DNA of 64,000 bases from Nemertoderma westbladi (Eukaryota; Animalia; Xenacoelomorpha): NCBI GenBank assembly GCA_032718475.1, contig JAUCBJ010002643.1, forward strand, positions 1 to 64,000. Direction: 5' to 3'. The notes under the pieces were generated by a model. The model did not search any database and was not told the origin of the DNA. It was given only the letters and a program-made list of their open reading frames with translations. Every line of letters begins with the position of its first letter. Positions within the stretch are counted from its first letter, which is position 1. Both the position numbers and the translations under genes were made by a program. Positions 11,838 through 26,244 of the stretch are shown here, one piece after another.

Positions 11838-14800
11838 ATGTCTGACACAAAGCAAAACCTGTCAGACAGTCTCCTAGATACAACCATCTGTGACCCAGAC
11901 AGGAGTGTGGAACGTGTAAGACCGAAGTTCAATTCACCTCCTACTGTAAGTAAGATCATTCCCCCAGTAGTAATATCAGACCCTAGGCTAGTCCAACATC
12001 GTAGGTCTATCATAGGCACTAGAGCTCAGGTCAAGCAGGACCAAGAAGCAGCGGAACAGCAGCAACACTCGAGCCGAGAACCTATTTCTCAGCGGACCGA
12101 CAGCTCCAGTGGTGCGGATACTGTAGAGCTGACACCCGAGCGCGGAGCTAAGATGGCAGATGCGGTTTATTCGGATCCCCTTCTCATCCTTCCTGCGGCC
12201 GTACTTGCTAGGGTATTGATTGCGGTGGAGGAACATCAGATTGATTGGGCGAGAAGTAAGCGATCGACCAAGGATAGTTATGCGGGATACACAAGGGAAG
12301 AACTAAAGTCTATTGTCGAGTCGCAATGGAACTTCCCCGGACCCGGACTCCCGTTTGACTTATCGGAAGCTGCCTGGGAAGACATACACAGGATGGGAGT
12401 GACAAAAGAAACCAGCGATCCAGCGGTGTGGAAGAGGTCAGCAGCAGGATACGTACAGGGATTCTTAAGCTCTATGGAGCGATTAAAGGAACAACTGTTT
12501 CGACAACCCCAAGGACCTCAAGAGCAGGGAGAGCTGCTTTATCAAGTTAGAGAAAGAATTCTACGAATCAGACTAATCTTATCGGCCTTTGAGGAGGCTT
12601 CGAAAAGAAGACAAGACACGTCGTTGCAAGTTGCCGTAAAGACTTGGTTTCAGCGGGTGAGTCTCCAAGTTCAAGGAACTGCCCAGTGGAAATCTCAGCT
12701 GGCCGAGCGCTCAACCCATGGAGAATCAACAGACGCTACATTTTCCCAAGTGGAAAGTGAAGCGACGGCAGAGAAACCGCATGAGAGGGACGCTATTGAC
12801 ATCTATCTGTCAGACTATCAACGATTTGTAGGTGACGAAGAGTTGAGGAGACGGCTGTCTGGACTTAGCCCTAATAGTGAAGGAGCCAAGCTTGTGTTGG
12901 ACGCAATCGATGCGGATATGATAGCTGCGAACCAAGCTAAATTTGATGAACGCCTCCGCATCGCTAGAGTCCAAGAAGAACAAGTAAAGAAAAAACGTAT
13001 AGAAGACAGAAAGACAGCAGCAGTGGCAGCAGCAGTGGCAGCGGTAGAAGCGGAAAGAAAGGCGGTAGAAGTGGAAAGAAAAGCGGCAGCGGCAGCGGCA
13101 GAGGCAGAAGCGGAAAGAAAAGCAGCCGAAGTGGAAAGAAAAGCGGCAGCGGCAGCGGCAGAGGCAGAAGCGGAAAGAAAAGCAGCCGAAGTGGAAAGAA
13201 AAGCGGCAGTGGCAGCGGCAGAAGCAGAACGGAGAGCGTCTGAAGAGATCACCCAACTAGACTTGGAAAATATTCAAGAGAATCAAGACTGCATAAATAA
13301 ACAGTTAACAGCTAGTCAAATGCAGATGATGAGTCGATCTACTCCCAAAAGACAGGGATATACATCATCTGATGAAGGCGATACCACCGATCTTGAAGGC
13401 GGAGGAAATAGATCTCGTCTAAGTAGGCGTAGAAGAATGTCCCACTGTCAGAAATTGCCTGATTTGCCCCCAGCTGTTAGAAAGCAACTAACTAACACAG
13501 ACTTAGGTAGACAGACTCCCTACTATAGTAGATGAGCCTGAAATAATTAGGCCTGTTCTCGAAGCCACCCCTTCGGTGATAGAGACACCTGTACTCCCAG
13601 AACCTACCTCTAAATTCCCTTTGCACAGCACTAAATTACCTGTGCCACACAGAACAACCCCTGAGATAGTTCCTGTCATGGACTCCGAGCGAAATATCAA
13701 TGATTTGTCGCCCGTTGTCCCTCGTCTGCCCGCTACTATGTTGGCGGCTCCCGCTTCGGCGGTTGGGTGGGTGGATGAGGGGCGGCGGGGGATGAATCTC
13801 CTGCTCGGGCAGATGCAGGAGACTGTTCATCAGTTTAAGGGAACAGTAAGGGAAAGTAGGTTAGAGTTGCAAGAAGTGCAGCAAAGTATCGCGTTAGAAC
13901 GCGATAAATTAGTAAATACACAAAAGGGTATACCACCACCCCCGGTAACAATGTGTCAACCTGTTAGGTCTGATGTATTTCATGCGCAAGGTGTGGAGCC
14001 TACACGCATCTATACTGCTAGTGAAGTAGAAACTCCTATAGTAAACCCTATTAAGGGTAATTATAAACCTGTTGACAATGATATTCCATATAGACTTGAT
14101 AATAATCCGAGAAATTTATATACCGATAACTCGATATTAAATAACACGATGGCCCAAGAAAGTTTTACGCGTCAAATGGCTAGAACCGAAGCCCGTCAAG
14201 CGGTAAAGGTGGGAGAGATCGTCAAGTTCAATGGAGATGAGATGAAATGGTTACCTTTTAATGAATATTACAAAGATAACATACAGAACTCTGTGCTATC
14301 TAATGGAGAGAAACTTAGATTCCTCATCGAGTGCTTGGAAGGATCTCCCAAGTTAATGGCGTTAAAGTTTATTGGACATCCAGATGGATTAAGACAAGTT
14401 TGGGATACCCTAAACATCAGGTATGGTAATAGGAATAACATAGCTAGGTATTTGTATGCAAAATTGGTAGCGCCCCGAAAGTTCATTAGCAGCGGGATTA
14501 TAGAGTTTTCCGATGAGATTCAGGAGATCTGTAGACAATTAGATTGGCTAGGTAAGTCTCATGAATATCAGAGTTCTATGGTTATTGGAGCCGTGGCCTC
14601 TACTTTACCGAAGGGTGGAGTAGGTACACGCTGGGATAAGAAAGTGTTATATATGATGGAACAACAACAAAGAGATCCTACCATGGCTGATCTCATGTCA
14701 TTCTTAGATGGAGAGGTAAAATTACAGCTCCTAAAGCAGTCCAGAGAGAAGACACCGGAAAATAAGGTTAGTGAGAAACCCGTTTCTAGGAGAAAGGTAA

Positions 14801-16695
14801 TACCAGTGTGTTATACAGACGACGGCGAAAGCCAGGCTTCTCAAGAGGAAGACAGCGGGAAAGACACTGAAGGATCTAACTATGACAACAAAGCGCCTAA
14901 AGATGTAAGTAAATTTAAGTCTCGAACCATTGACAGGAGAGAACAGGTAAGAAAAACTCCTCCTACGTCTCCTAAGAGAATTCATGTAAGAAAGCCCGAA
15001 GAAAGAACGAGAGTGCACAACGTTACTCAAAATAAGGTAAGTAACATCAAACCGAAATGTGCGCTGTGTGACGGGCCCCACCGTTTGAATGTGTGTGATG
15101 AATTCCTAAAGAAATCATTAAAGGATAGATGGGAAGTCATGTGGGATAAGCGGTTGTGTTATAGTTGCCTCAGACAAGGACACCAAAGGCGAACCTGTTA
15201 CTCCGACGCAAGGTGTGCGAAGTGCGGCGCAAAACATCATATTATCTTGTTGCACACTGAATTCGAACGAAACAGCCCGAGTCAGGTAAGTGAGTCCGAA
15301 CTACATGTCCAATTCAGTGATGTGAACGACACTGACCAAAGTTCTGAGATGGAAGGATTCTATACGGACGAATTCTCCGACGAAAACGAATCCTGTTACC
15401 TGATAAATACCGCAGTGTATCGAGCACTTACGTATGAAAAGGACACCGACAGTGAGCTCCCCCTAACTACTTCTGACCGACAACCATCTTGGAAAGCACC
15501 AACTTCCAATGTAGGAATCCGAGAATTTCCCGTAGTGCAGTTAAGGGTCCACGGACCTAAAAGGAGTTATACAGTGAACGCCCTCCTTGACTCCGGTAGC
15601 ACAGGAACATTCATCGACAAAGAACTAGCCGAAGACATCTTTGCTGGACAACCCAAGTTCCGAACTAAGTTAAACATGTCAGGAATTATGCAGGTTTGGA
15701 AATCTACAGTAATAGCGGATTATTATGTAGGTGCGTTGTCCACCCCCCAGGATGAACTAGGAGAACACAGCATAAGGTCAGTAAAAATGGTGGCGATAAA
15801 GAACTTCGCTACCAGCCAAGTAGAACCTTATAACTGGGATGAGGACGATTCCACCCAGCAGCTTAATATACCTAGATTCAACACAGACTACCCTGGAGTG
15901 CAAATACTCATCGGCCAAAATGCGCATGAGGCGCTTGAGACATTGGAGAGACGGCCTGCTCAACCGCAACCACTACAAGCCTATGCGGGAAGAACTAGAG
16001 TAGGTTGGTACCTTACTGGCCCTTCCCGTAGAACTCTCATAGAAAGGTTACCAAAAGAACGGGTATACCAAGTAAGTGAATGGGAAGCGGAGAGCAGTGA
16101 GGTAGACGACCCAACTGAAGGAACACCATACTCCTCAGATAATGACGATATTAACTCCAATGTAGATCAATGGAGACATTGCCCCGAGACGATTAATCTA
16201 GCCGACATCGCTTCCAGAGGAGCAACTCCTCAAGAACTGACAGATACTCCAGACTGGTTAGGTGGACCCGACTCCCTAAGTAAAGAAGATGAATGGCCTC
16301 CCCATCTTACCACGGCTGAGATTAGACAAGCCAAGGGAGCGGAGAAAGTCATACCTAAAACCCGGACGAGTAAATCAAGGTTATTTAAACCCGTGATAGA
16401 TCTGTCTGTACTACACATTGCCAGGGACGACGCTGTGGATCTAAACTCCCCCACCGCGAACCGATCTGTTGTGGAGATCAGAGAGAGAGACTGGAGATCT
16501 GGAACACCAGACGTCTCGCCGGGACTCTCACCTCTCCTGCCGGGAGCGATGGACCACTATAGATCCTGGAATCGGCTTTGTAAGGCCGTCGTGTATTTGA
16601 AGCGATGTTTCTATCGTCACTATTCCAGGACGAAGAGGAAACCTGGAATTGTCTTCGAGACACAGCAGCTCAATCGCCCAGTTTGTCGTTTATGT
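11838..16695 (+). pseudogene. Gag-protease polyprotein of B; frameshift ~13505; RT and integrase absent
   Basis: KFNGDEMKWLPF, three Cys/His knuckles (CALCDGPH..C, CYSCLRQGHQRRTC, CAKCGAKHH), ALLDSGS, then directly the RNase H tail QWRHCPETINLADIASRG. Confidence 0.88.
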
Positions 16696-17308
16696 GGGGC
16701 GAGACACGTAGTCGGCGAGCCTTGGCATACGGTTCATATAGGGCAAATGGGGCATGTCCGTCTGTCTGTCTGTCCGTCCGTCTGTCTGGTAAATGTTTGA
16801 ACGCGAATTTCTCGGCATCGCTCGTTCGGAATTGAACCAAACTTAGTAGGTAAGTAGTAGAGAGAAAGTTTAGAAAGTTTGTAAAGTTTGGTGAAAAATC
16901 ATGCAGTCTGACGTCAGCTACGACAGATTATGTGGTTTTTAGAAAATGTTAAATTTCTCGGGAACGCCACATTTTCCTGAGCTGAAATTTTGGTTGCTTG
17001 TAGAGAATCATGAAGTCTATCTTTTACGAAATTGAAAAGCTAAGACATTTAATTGGGGATCTGCTAGAGACTCAGAAGTAATGACATAGGCCTACCGGTA
17101 CGGTACTGCTGTACAGTGCTGCACTGGTAAGTACGAAATTGCAGAATAACAATTTGACACCACCTAGCGGATTAACATATGATTGTATATCGAATGAATA
17201 CATTTATAGCATGGGATATTGGGTCCAAACTAGACATGCCCCATTTGCTCTATATGAACGGTATGCCAAGGCTTGCCGACTACGTGCTGCGCGAAGTCCC
17301 CACGAACG
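16696..17308. mobile_element. MITE, Helentron/DINE-1-like (HINE), inserted in B
   Basis: 54-bp imperfect IR 16705-16758 / 17233-17286; (GTCY)n microsatellite ~16756-16790; absent at the matching site of B' (gtttatgt|ttactgg). Ends approximate. Confidence 0.7.
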
Positions 17309-19411
17309 TGTTTACTGGAAAGAGACAGAGAACTCTCCGGAAACTATGGAAGGCAAGATACTCTTCCCACGACCACCTCCCTAATCCAACAAACATCTAG
17401 GGACTCCCCAACGTAACAGCGTCTGGAGTGGGTGTGTGACTATATTATTTTATATTTGTTTTTATTATTTTATATTTATGTAAGTATTATTATGTAATTT
17501 TATTATAATCGTTTTCTTTAATTTTATTTAGTAGAATGTTATTTTAGCGATTATTTAGTAGATTAGTGCAATATATATTCGCGTTTATTACTTAATTACT
17601 TATATATTATATATTTAGAGCGACGGCGAGAAATAATTCTTTTTCTCTTTCCTTACTGTCCGTATTACATTACAAATACGTAACTACAGTAAGATGAAAT
17701 ATCCGTACTTATTAAAGTACAATAAAGCTCCTACTATATTCAAGTATTATTGGTAAAGTAGAGTATTAGGAATGCAAAATTCAGATCCTCGTGTCTCGGC
17801 TAAACCAAGCTCTGGGTAGACCTTGGAAACGACTTGCCTCTTCTCACTGACATTGCTTCTTGCGATATTGCTCTCATACCGTATATTAAATAATACATAT
17901 ACAGTAGTAGCGTGATGTCCCTTTAACAGTAGCGTACAACGCAAATAAATCTGTTAAACCCTTTGACCATCTGTAATTCTAGTCGATTAAGATATCGCGG
18001 CACCCACCGATATACTTGAAAGACAAAATTCTAGAATCAATGGTTAACGTCCCCAGACAAGTTCTGGAATAAACTGGTGCCCATCCTAAATATTAACTAT
18101 TAATATTTATAAAATCTGTCAAATTTTAGATCCTTTAAAATTCTAGTCTATTAAGATATCGTAGCACTTACCGATATTCTTAAAAGATCAATTTCCTAGA
18201 ATCAAGGATCCCAGTCCCCAGACATGTTCTGGAATAAAATTGTGTCTATTTAATATTCAATAATAAAATTTACGGGAATAAATTTAAATTCATCTTTTAA
18301 TGAATTTGATAAATTGTCATTTTTATACAATTTATAACATTCCCAAAATTCCATTAATTAATAGATCATGGGAGCGGAGATTCACCCTATTAAGTATATT
18401 AGTGTGCGAGAATCTCCAATATATAGTCAATAGCCGATAAAATTCATAAAATCATGTATAAAGAGAAATATTGACAATTAAAGAATTACTATTAAATAGC
18501 ATCCCAGATCTGTATGCATGGGAATTACCCTAATTCTACCGCTAGCTTTCCATAATGTCACCATGGCAACAACCACGCTAGAATTAGAAGTGAGTTAAAA
18601 GAACAATAAAGCTTGCCCATTGAATAGCATAAGGAATAAATAGCGCACTGCTAGTATCCAAGGATACATAATAATAAAGTGACATTCTGGAAGGCACTGA
18701 CTAACGGACAAATGGCCCGAATGTACGTGCGATTTGTGACAGTTGTGTGGAATTTGTGCGTTTATAGGTGAATGTTACTACTAAAGTGTGTTTACAGTAG
18801 CGAGTCGCAATTGTGAAAGTAGCCCTAACTCTCCAGTAAGAACCTGAAGTAAATCTAAGCCTTTGGGACGGACGGTGGAGTGACTCGAGCTGGTTGTTGT
18901 GGTCGTTGTGCAGCTACTACGTTGGCGATAGGCACATCGGCGAAAGTACACCAGCGCTGAGGATCTTGCGCTGTCCGGGGGCCGAGAGGGGTAGGCAGCG
19001 ACGCCCGCTAGCCTAAATATAAACTCATTATAATATTGATAAACTCATATAGCAGATATGACTGAGTTGATAGAAGATGATCTTGGTATCAGGGAGCGAT
19101 ATACTCTACCTTTACAAGCGTTTGTTGATAGCTTGATACGCGGCGACGCTGGTCCAACTACTACGGAGGACGATGGTCGTTATATCGAACCGCCAATGTC
19201 CCAGGAGCAACTTACGCGTGAATTGGACTATAGAAAATTCACCGCTCGCTATACGCATCGTAATGGTACGTATTTTATTTATTTTATTTATTCCTTTATT
19301 TCAAACCAAACAAGGTTCATAGTAAAAACAATACACCGATCAGACAATATAGTTTACACGATACAGTACTAAATTATGAAAATGAATATTTAATAGCACA
19401 ATATTTAGATA

Positions 19412-22252
19412 TTAATCGTAAAGTAGGAACAGGTCATTCATGGCCCTAATTCTAGATTCTGTGCAACATGTGCGAATCACATTAATAATGCTATTGGTAC
19501 TGGTATCCAAGCGCCGTGATAGGCTCTCAATAGCATTGGCTCTAATATGTACAAAGGATGGTAATCCAAGTAAGCTGCAGGTTAGCGACATACTTGTGGG
19601 AGTTGTGTCGTTAGCCATTCTCGGAATTTTAAAAAGCATTCGAATGCTACTATTATATGCAGTGCGCAATTTGTTGTGGACAGACATAGAATAGTTCGCT
19701 CTAGCCCAAAGCGCGTTGCCATAAACATTAGTACAATAGGAACGAAAAAGACGTATTTTTACATTCCTAGCACAATTACCAAAATTCCTAACCAAGTAGT
19801 TTGCTCTTGCATACAACGCACAAGTCTGGCGCTTTACATCATAATCATCGTCAGTAGACGAGTGGATTACGTGGCCAAGAAATACAATTTTATCTACAAT
19901 ATCAATAGGAGTGCCTAATAAGTACACATTACCAAATATAGACTTGCTACAGCATTTCGGGATAAAATATATACATTTTGTCTTTTTTAAATTAAACTTA
20001 ATTGAGAATAGGTCAGCATAATCCATACATATATTTAGTAGTTGTTGTAAACCAAACATAGTATTGGATAGCAGTGACAAATCGTCCGCATATCCTACGT
20101 GATTGATCCTTCTACCGTTAATAGAGCAACCAAAATTGCACCGATTTAAAGCTGCACTTAAATCATCCATATATACGTTAAATAAATATGGGCTCTGGAT
20201 CCCCCCTTGTTTTGTACCATTGGTGACATGAAATTTACTCGAACTAAATTTACCCCACGAAACAAACAGTAATTGGTTACGATACCAAAAGCATATTATT
20301 CTAACAAAAATAACCGGTACACCCCTAGTAATTAATTTAGAAAATAGTAAATAATGATTACATCGATCAAATGCCTTGCTGGCATCCAACATACAAGTAA
20401 ATACCGGGCTATTATTTTGTAAATAAAAATTTACTGTCTCCTTAAAAGCGAGGATACACAGTTCAGTGCCCGATTTCGGTTTGAAACCAAACTGATTGTC
20501 TGTAGTATCTAAGTATCTACTTACATTAGAAAGTATCAGCCTCTCAAATAGTTTGGAGAATACAGTTGAGATTGCAATACCTCTATAATTATCACTCGAG
20601 GTGATATCACCTGTCTTGTCCTTAATTAAAGGAAGTAGTATCTTAGACTCAATAAGGCCAGGTGGTATATAGTCATGGCACAACATTGAATTAAATAAAC
20701 AAGATAGAATGCTACACAATAACTCTGTACAGCCGTATTTAAGATGTTCCGAAGATATATCATCTGTACCTATTGCTTTACCAACGGCCAATTGGCTAAT
20801 AGAGTTAAAAATATCCTCTTTACAAAATGTATAATCATTAACGGAGGGAATACTTTCAAATTGACTCTCAACAAAAACTCGGCTAGTGTCAGGAAGGTCA
20901 CAGTTATAATATAACTTGAAAAAATGATCCTTCCAGGGGTTTCCTATTTGCTCTTCGCCTACGGCTTCCCCGACCTTGTTAGGGAGAGGGCTCTGGTTGG
21001 TCGATACTTTATGTACCTGAGACCAAAACTTAGTGCTACCAGCAGTGGAGTCTAACATCGCGTCAGCCAGTTTGCCATCACGTATCTCCCGTTCGCGACG
21101 CTTAACCTGTCGTAAGACACGCTTAAACCGCGCTTTTGATGTTAGGTACTGCTGGTAGGCGGCACCTTGTCTAGGCGAGCCCTGGGATCGCCATAAACGA
21201 AAAGATAGGTGGGCCTCATTATGAAAAGAATCAACATAGTCATTCCATCCAGGTATCTGTTTATCTGCAGATCCCGTTGCACCTTTATGTATCACAGTTG
21301 GTATAGTCCTATCAGCAGCTACTTTAAGCGCCTCGCAAACTGCGATATATAATTTTTCAATTGCACCACTATGACATTCATTTGCACATTTGGTATTATT
21401 GCAACGATTTAATATATCAATTAGTTCATGTGATTAATAAGTAATATTGTCAGGGGAGGCTTTACTCCAATTCAAACTCGATTTGGTTGTACCACTATTT
21501 GTACTGCTGCTATTAGCACCTATTGAAATATTAATATGAATATTAAAACGTATGGGCTTGTGGTCAAGTAATACAGCACTATAGTCTATAAAAAAGTTAT
21601 TTACAGCACCTGTAAGGCCGGCCGTACAAACAACGTGGTCTAACCACGAAGTCGTACCATGAGCACCACTAACGAAAGTATACGAGTTATCTGGTAAACA
21701 ATTAACATCAGCTAAGTAATAATTATGCTCGTCAACCCAATCACATAATTTACTGTAAAAATTTGTGCCGCGGCCAGCATTAAAATCGCCAGCAATACAG
21801 CACGGTACCTCAGATGATTCTATTATACCTTTAAGTCTACCTAAATAATCTTCATATAGATCTTCATTATCAGCTGATTGATATGGTAGGTATACATTCA
21901 GCAATAAATATTTTTGACCATTTTTATCAGTTATAAAAAGCCCCATAACGCGATCATCACCAAACGTTACAGGTTGCACCTGCGGGGCAATATTCTTACT
22001 CCACAGACACGCTAGGCCTCCATAAGGTCGACCACGGAGTAGCTCGGTACTGTAGTCTACTGAGCTTATACCATGTGCCAGGTAATTATCAGGGCTTATA
22101 CTGTGTAGATAATCTAACTCCTGTTTTACCAGCATATGTTCCTGAATTAGAATAATATCAGGTTCACTTTCGACAATTCTACTTAAAGCGTGTCTAGATA
22201 CACCGCGCTTAATTGAGTTGCAATTATATGAATATATACAGAGACGATCCAT
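19412..22252 (-). pseudogene. LINE ORF2 (APE endonuclease + reverse transcriptase) with one in-frame stop at 21434
   Basis: SYNCNS, IQEH, NVYLPY, AGDFNA, WLDHV, LDHKPI; NYRGIA, QFGFK, DASKAFD, GTKQGG, GYADDL; the two ORF halves are in the same frame. Confidence 0.9.
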
Positions 22253-22352
22253 AATGAATAGCAAAAAAAAAAGGAAAAAAAATATATATATATTGTTGAT
22301 ATACAATGTGTAATTTATTACAACGTCAAATAATATTAACAATATCATTCAA

Positions 22353-23380
22353 CTAGGTGATCTGTGTCACACCCCCATTAGCAGTTGCTACCTGGTTTTC
22401 CGGCGTTGCTACCTTAGACCCTGGTTTAGTCCATTGCGCAGAGTTGCGTAAATTTACATAGAACGGCCTAACCCTAGAGTATCGAGGCCAGCACTCCGGA
22501 TTAAGGAGTTTCTCTCGATCGCCATCACGGCAGGACAGCATGTACGAGTTATAAGCTGTTTGATACGGTAGCGTGTACTCAGCGCACGTAATCTCCACAT
22601 CAAATGTATCCTTCACATAAGATAATATGTTTTCACATGACATACCATTGGCGACACCAGACAGCAGAATTGATCGCATCGGCTCGACAGTCGCTAGGCC
22701 GCAGCCAACCGTATCTTTGGTACCGGCAATGACGTTCCGGGACTTGCGTTTACTGTTCACCGGCGCTTTCGGCTCGTTCCGTGTGGCCGGATTGCGATCC
22801 TTGCCGCGCGTCTTCTGTTGGCGTTTCCTCTTACGAGCAGGACAATGTTTACCGTCCACACCGACCTCCGTGAAGTCGTCCCCCGATGAGGAGGTCGATC
22901 CGTCCGACGAATCAGCCGCTGGACTAGTAGGAATCTCGCACGGGTTATTTCTCGTTCCATGTGATGGTGGTCCTCGGGTTTGACCCCGACGAAGTCCCTT
23001 CGACACAGGAGGTTCGACCAGCAGTGCGTCGCGATATACGGTACTGGTAGTCTGTTCTTTGCCCTTAGTCTTGGTTGAGTTCGGGCGGTTGGCTCCATTG
23101 CCGTGGTCGGCAACACCTGAACCGGAGGAGGCATTGGTTGTTGCCTTCTCCCCGGCTGCCTGTGCTGTTGGAGCGTGAAGGCCTGGACCTGGAGTGCCTG
23201 GTACAATCCCGTGAGTTCTGCAACATGACTCGAGAACCGCCACACGGTCTTGAAGACCGCTAATCCTGTTGAGTAGGTGCGCTAGATCAGCAGCCGACGT
23301 ACTAAATGGAGGAATATTCTGTAAGTCCTTTGGGATAAACCGGGGACCCGGAGTAAGTTTCCTAAACGCCGGGTAGTCGA
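22353..23380 (-). CDS. LINE ORF1 (5'-truncated)
   Basis: Basic low-complexity ORF just upstream of ORF2; FIPKDLQNIPP near the start and LLNPECWPRYSRVRPF near the end. Confidence 0.65.
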
Positions 23381-24785
23381 GAATATCGAATATCGTATAT
23401 GGACTTCTTAACTACCGGCCATCCTATCGATTTACACGATACGGACGATGTAGACACCGAAAGGGAAATGCTTTTATTTAAATATCCTACCCAGCGGAGG
23501 CGGAACGATAAACCGAGAATGGAACACGAGAATTCTATTCGAAACAGACTCGAAAGAGAAGACATTGAAGATCCGGATAAACGCAGCGACTTCAACGATT
23601 ATCTGGAATTCCTGAGAGAAACATATCTCAGTATTGCCAATCAACAAAATCTAGAAACTCGATATCCTCAAGGTATACATCATGATCCTATGATAGAACT
23701 CAAACGACTCTATTTCACTATAATGTATCTTACTGCCGATCGACCGCTACCTGTCATCCCAGATAGCTTCGAACAGATGGAGGAATATTGTAAAACCGAA
23801 TAAATATCACCCGCGTTTCCCCTACAAGACGTGCGTCTTTGGTATTATTGCGATGAATGCCCAAGACCCAACCAACAAACGGAAAGACATAAACATCCGC
23901 GGAGACGTTGCTTTAAACACGGTTTTACTCGCTATATTTACGGGAGTTTCGAGCGAAACTTGTTCGATGTATCACCTACGCTCGCTCGATTCAAACGATC
24001 CTTAAATAAACCTATGATCAGAGTTCCGGAATACTCGGTCAGACCTCCTCATTCCCTAGTTAGACCTCAGACTCTTGATCCTAATAGTATCACGGATCCT
24101 CCCGAACTGTACTCACTGTTCAAAGATCTAGTGTTACCCGAACAGTTAGTCGGTGGCACTCCGGTTGTGGGCTCCCTAAATATTCACCCATCTTACTTAG
24201 TCGGATCGGGATGCGGACATCTAATATCGCCATTCAACCGTATCATCGTCCCTGTTTAACCCGATACAACCTGTCACCGAGGCGGAGGAAAGAGTTGTAC
24301 GAAACGCGTTAGACACTATTCGTCAAAAGATCGGAAAATGAACCTATAATTGTTTAGAGAAACGTAAATTGCAGCTGCAAGTCCAAGCGGTAAACGAATT
24401 AGCTTTATCTCAGTTCGATCAGGAAATTCAGAATCTCTAAGAAGATATCGAACTTGGACGACCCTATTCTCTGCAAGAGTTTTGGATGAACGCATCCAAC
24501 GATAAGCGGAGGAAAATCAGCTCGAGGAGAAGCATATCGAAATGGACGAGACATCGACCGTAACCCTAAAACCTTCCGATGCAATTATATTGCACACTTT
24601 ACCCAGGAGTTATAGCCCTCCTAGTAAAGTGGCTCGCCCCAAAGAGAAAAAGACTCTTGCTAGCCTCCAAAAAACTGCATAAACGCCGTCCGCGTAAGAA
24701 AGACTAACTGTTTAGAGTATTTTTATATTTTAGAAACTGTGATTTTTTATATTTTATAGAATTAAATCCCATTTTCTGGGAGCGG

Positions 24786-25941
24786 TGTAAAGGCTTTTGC
24801 GGATCTAGCTAGTTATTTTTCCCGCAAAGTACTCTGTAGGTGTTTTAACGGGCATAAAAAGCCGTTTCCTTACTGTACCGGTGTTTTAGTGGACATAAAA
24901 AGCCATTTCTTCTGTATGTGTACTTTAGCGGACATAACTAGCGATCTTATGTCGCAATAAGCCAAAATCCTCTTGATACAGTGTAGTTACCATGACGACA
25001 TCTAACAGCTGATATGTCCATGTGTAACATTTCTTTGTTCTTTGTTCGTTCTTGTTCGGTCAACCAATCAGAGCGTTTTTTGACTCTGTGTTGGAGATTG
25101 TATACAGAAACTCATGCGATTCAGTCAGTATGTGTATTTTGTCCACAGCCATAAGACCGGCTTTGGAATTCTGTGTTTTCAGGATTTAGTCAAACATTAG
25201 TAGGCTTGATCATAGAAACGTATAACTGTTATCAAACAATCTGATCCTATCAATGCAAATCATATTGTCAACTACAAACACCGCATTTTTACTGCTATTT
25301 ACTGTCGGTTATTAATTATATCAGTTGATGGAATATTATTATATTGGATAATATCGCTAAATAATCAGAAACTCCAATCTTCTTGATATACTGAAGGTTA
25401 GAGAGACCGGTTACATATAACAATTGCGACTTACATTAAAGTGGTTTTGGAGTGAATCTAATGCTATTTCATAGGCACTACATGAGTCGGTTCTTGTTCT
25501 CTTTATATGTGACTAAAATTAGTGAAGGTCGGCAGATCGGTGTGCAGCATTGTGCGGTAGTGTGCATGATTGTGACTGATAACAAAGCATCTCCTTAAGA
25601 ATGCGCTTTATACGTGAATCCATAGCCATCCCGTTGTGTCTAGTATAAGTCATAACTCTGTTTACATATTTAGAGCGCCACGTCCTAAAGGAAAGTGAAT
25701 AATATTTGTCAGAAATTATATATTAACGATCAGTCGAATAATACAGTAGGCCTACAACGCAATAAGGTCAAAGCTTCCGAATCCAGTCTCCCGGGTATAT
25801 CCAGCGGGTGAATGGTCGCGCATAGACTGGCTTCGGCTAATGTAGTGTATCAAATACTCGTCATAGGCTAAAGTCGATTTATAATCTAGAAGACATCTAA
25901 ATTTGGCAGGTTAAACTGCTAAAGGTCTGAAAGCGCGAACA
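24786..25941 (+). repeat. 3' LTR of B (1156 bp)
   Basis: Starts TGTAAAGGC after the PPT and ends GCGCGAACA; both ends and the 3' two-thirds match the B' LTR. Confidence 0.85.
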
Positions 25942-26129
25942 GATATAAAGTCGCGTTACGTCCTAAAGGGGATTAGGTCCCATTGCCATATAGCGTTAGG
26001 TCCCATTGCCATTTACAGGAGCAGGTTAGTAAAGGAGCAGATTACAGAGGCGTGTTTGGGGAACCAAAACAATAAACGAAAGTTAACACATGTGTTTCAT
26101 ACAGGTCTTTGTTATTTGGGTCTTTGCTT

Positions 26130-26244
26130 TTTAGTCACCCGATTTAAATGAAAAAAAATCTGATTTAAATCAAATAAATCAGATTTAAATAAAAAAAATC
26201 TGATTTTTTTTATTAAAAAAAAATCATGATTTTTATCAACCCTG
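26130..26244. mobile_element. One end of a hAT-like MITE
   Basis: ATTTAAAT/AAAATC subterminal repeats ending ATCAACCCTG; no partner end found. Confidence 0.4.

Larger units (their letters stand above)
19274..23393 (-). mobile_element. 5'-truncated LINE, RTE-X-like (clade call from memory of motifs)
   Basis: ORF1 plus endonuclease-RT ORF2; (AATAA)n-type 3' tail; TSD CGTAT at 19269-19273 and 23394-23398; site empty in B'. Confidence 0.85.
19058..24707 (+). pseudogene. Extra 3' ORF of B (unknown protein), split by the LINE and by stops
   Basis: MTELIEDDLGIRE...YTHRNGTY continues as MDFLTTGHPIDLHD after the LINE is removed; C-terminal PSDAIILH..PRSYSPP.KVARPKEKKTL shared with B'. Confidence 0.65.
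9868..25941 (+). mobile_element. BEL/Pao-derived non-autonomous LTR element 'B' (5' LTR outside window)
   Basis: Collinear with the reverse complement of B' across leader, gag-PR, 3' region, PPT TTTCTGGGAGCGG and LTR 24786-25941. Confidence 0.88.
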
